Positions 62,618 through 64,000 of a stretch of DNA of 64,000 nucleotides are shown piece by piece. Position 1 is the first letter of the stretch. Each line of letters begins with the position of its first letter. The position numbers and the translations under genes were made by a program. The notes under the pieces were generated by a model that had not been told where the DNA came from, did no database searches, and worked only from the letters and a program-made list of their open reading frames with translations. The DNA is from an uncultured Spirochaetota bacterium (GTDB lineage Bacteria > Spirochaetota > Brevinematia > Brevinematales > JAOACQ01), in assembly GCA_963783575.1 (NCBI GenBank), contig CAWAOD010000004.1:96001-160000 (forward strand), given 5' to 3'.

Positions 62618-63316
62618 ATGAGAAAATATTTTAGAATGGGACTGATTTTTTTGTTTATGTGCTATTGGCTGAATTTTTACGGTGCTCATAATATAACGGA
62701 AGATGCAATAGATTCAATCGGCCCGGATGGTATACCTGAATTGCTAGATGCCGCAAGGTCTTCCGCTCCTGAAGACGATAATCTCCGAATCAAGGCAATA
62801 AACAGGCTTGGTGAGCTAAAAGCCAAGGAATCCCTGGATTTTCTTCTTGAAGTTCTTGATACAAAACGTACCACATCAGGTGGGACTGAGGTTTTTAACT
62901 GGAGATTGAAAGTAGTCGCGGCAAAAGCGCTGTCCGCAATAAACGATCCGAAATCCGTTCCTTATCTTTCCGAAATGCTGAGAAGAGAAAGCGATGTTAC
63001 GGTTAAAAGGGCTGCTGCGCAAGCGCTTGGCATAATGGGCGAAACGGCAAGGACAAAGCCATGCCTGGAAATCATGCAATCCGAACTTGAAAGAACAAGG
63101 GATAATGCTCTTGCTTCAGATCTATGCGAGGCGCTTGGAAAGATCGGCGATAAATCTTCTTTTGTTTATCTATTAAGAGTTACCCAAGGGCCTTATTTGA
63201 ATTATGTTAAAGAAACCGCTCAGAAAGGAATAGCGCTTACGAAATGGGATAAGCCGTCTGTATTTGAGGAAGAAAATGCTTCTACGAATGCTTCGGTTTC
63301 TCAATACAATAAATAG
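62618..63316 (+). CDS. HEAT-repeat protein
   Basis: Repeated R..AA.ALG.IG..-type units; signal peptide; AAGGAG RBS. Confidence 0.85.
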   Translation: MRKYFRMGLIFLFMCYWLNFYGAHNITEDAIDSIGPDGIPELLDAARSSAPEDDNLRIKAINRLGELKAKESLDFLLEVLDTKRTTSGGTEVFNWRLKVVAAKALSAINDPKSVPYLSEMLRRESDVTVKRAAAQALGIMGETARTKPCLEIMQSELERTRDNALASDLCEALGKIGDKSSFVYLLRVTQGPYLNYVKETAQKGIALTKWDKPSVFEEENASTNASVSQYNK

Positions 63317-63338
63317 TTATATTTTTAAATAAATAAAC

Positions 63339-63382
63339 GGCCTGCTTAAAACCTTATAAAATGGTTTTAGCAGGCCTTTTTT
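63339..63382 (+). terminator. rho-independent terminator
   Basis: GGCCTGCT-AAAACC ... GGTTTTAGCAGGCC stem followed by T6. Confidence 0.8.
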
Positions 63383-63398
63383 ATAAGGGAAGGTTTTT

Positions 63399-64000
63399 AT
63401 GGCTCAGAATTCCGATTTGCACCAACGTCTGGATAAGATTGTAAAGACTCATATTAATAAAAAAAAATACAAGCCGGCTATTGAAGAATTATTTGGGCTA
63501 TTGAATGAATTCGGCGATGAAGATTTAATTTCGTATTATCTTGGAGTCTGCTTTTCAAATACCGGGGACTTTGACAATTGTATACAATATCTTGAATTGC
63601 TCAACTCATCAGATGAGCTTTCAATCATTCGGCTGATACAGGTAAATATGCTGCTGGGATACGCCTTTACCGAAGTAGAAAATTATTTTAAAGCGGAAAA
63701 ATATCTTAAAAAAGCACTTGAAATCAATCCGAAAAGCTCAATGACATATTCTGCTATGGGTTATGTATATTATCTTACAAAAAAGTATGACCTTGCCATT
63801 TATAATTTTAAAAGGGCATTGCAGATTGATCCTAATAATGCCAGCGCACATAACAATCTTGGTTATACTTATGCGGAAGTAGGAATAAATCTATCCGAAG
63901 CGGCAACGGAATGCAGGAAAGCGATCGCTTTAAACCCCCAGTCTGCAGCTTACCGTGACAGTCTTGGATGGGTTTATTTTACTCTCGGTAATTATAAAGA
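63399..64000 (+). CDS. TPR-repeat protein (runs off the window end)
   Basis: MAQNSD...; KALEINP, YSAMGYVYY, AHNNLGYTY, YRDSLGWVY; missing from the ORF track because there is no stop in the window. Confidence 0.85.
   Translation, partial: MAQNSDLHQRLDKIVKTHINKKKYKPAIEELFGLLNEFGDEDLISYYLGVCFSNTGDFDNCIQYLELLNSSDELSIIRLIQVNMLLGYAFTEVENYFKAEKYLKKALEINPKSSMTYSAMGYVYYLTKKYDLAIYNFKRALQIDPNNASAHNNLGYTYAEVGINLSEAATECRKAIALNPQSAAYRDSLGWVYFTLGNYK

Overview
AT-rich bacterial chromosomal window with about 50 CDSs; no rRNA, tRNA or CRISPR array seen. The gene set (sigma54, superoxide reductase, CoA activase, TolC, HEAT/TPR proteins) suggests an anaerobic diderm, possibly a spirochaete (weak inference). In order: an IS1182-family element; a PadR-flavodoxin operon; a TolC/MacAB-type exporter; a sigma54 operon (M20 hydrolase plus one frameshifted and one degenerate acetate-kinase homologue) divergent from an XylR/DmpR-type activator; secreted and repeat proteins; a 14-kb co-directional DNA-processing cluster (SNF2 ATPase, Mre11/SbcD-like, Rad50/SbcC-like, small TA-like pair, AddA-like, AddB-like); GH8, rhomboid, GGDEF-EAL and acyl-CoA synthetase genes; an SOR/PRTase/DLH/archease/RtcB run; and a small foreign-looking islet between an atypical ndk and a decayed ndk copy. 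Non-coding DNA holds several palindromic repeat families: a modular element at three loci, and a CTTCGACAGGCTCAG-type repeat that lies in-frame inside rtcB. Best candidates for an undescribed system are the SNF2-Mre11-Rad50-(TA)-AddAB cluster and the sigma54 M20/kinase/pseudokinase operon. All calls come from reading motifs by eye; no searches were run.
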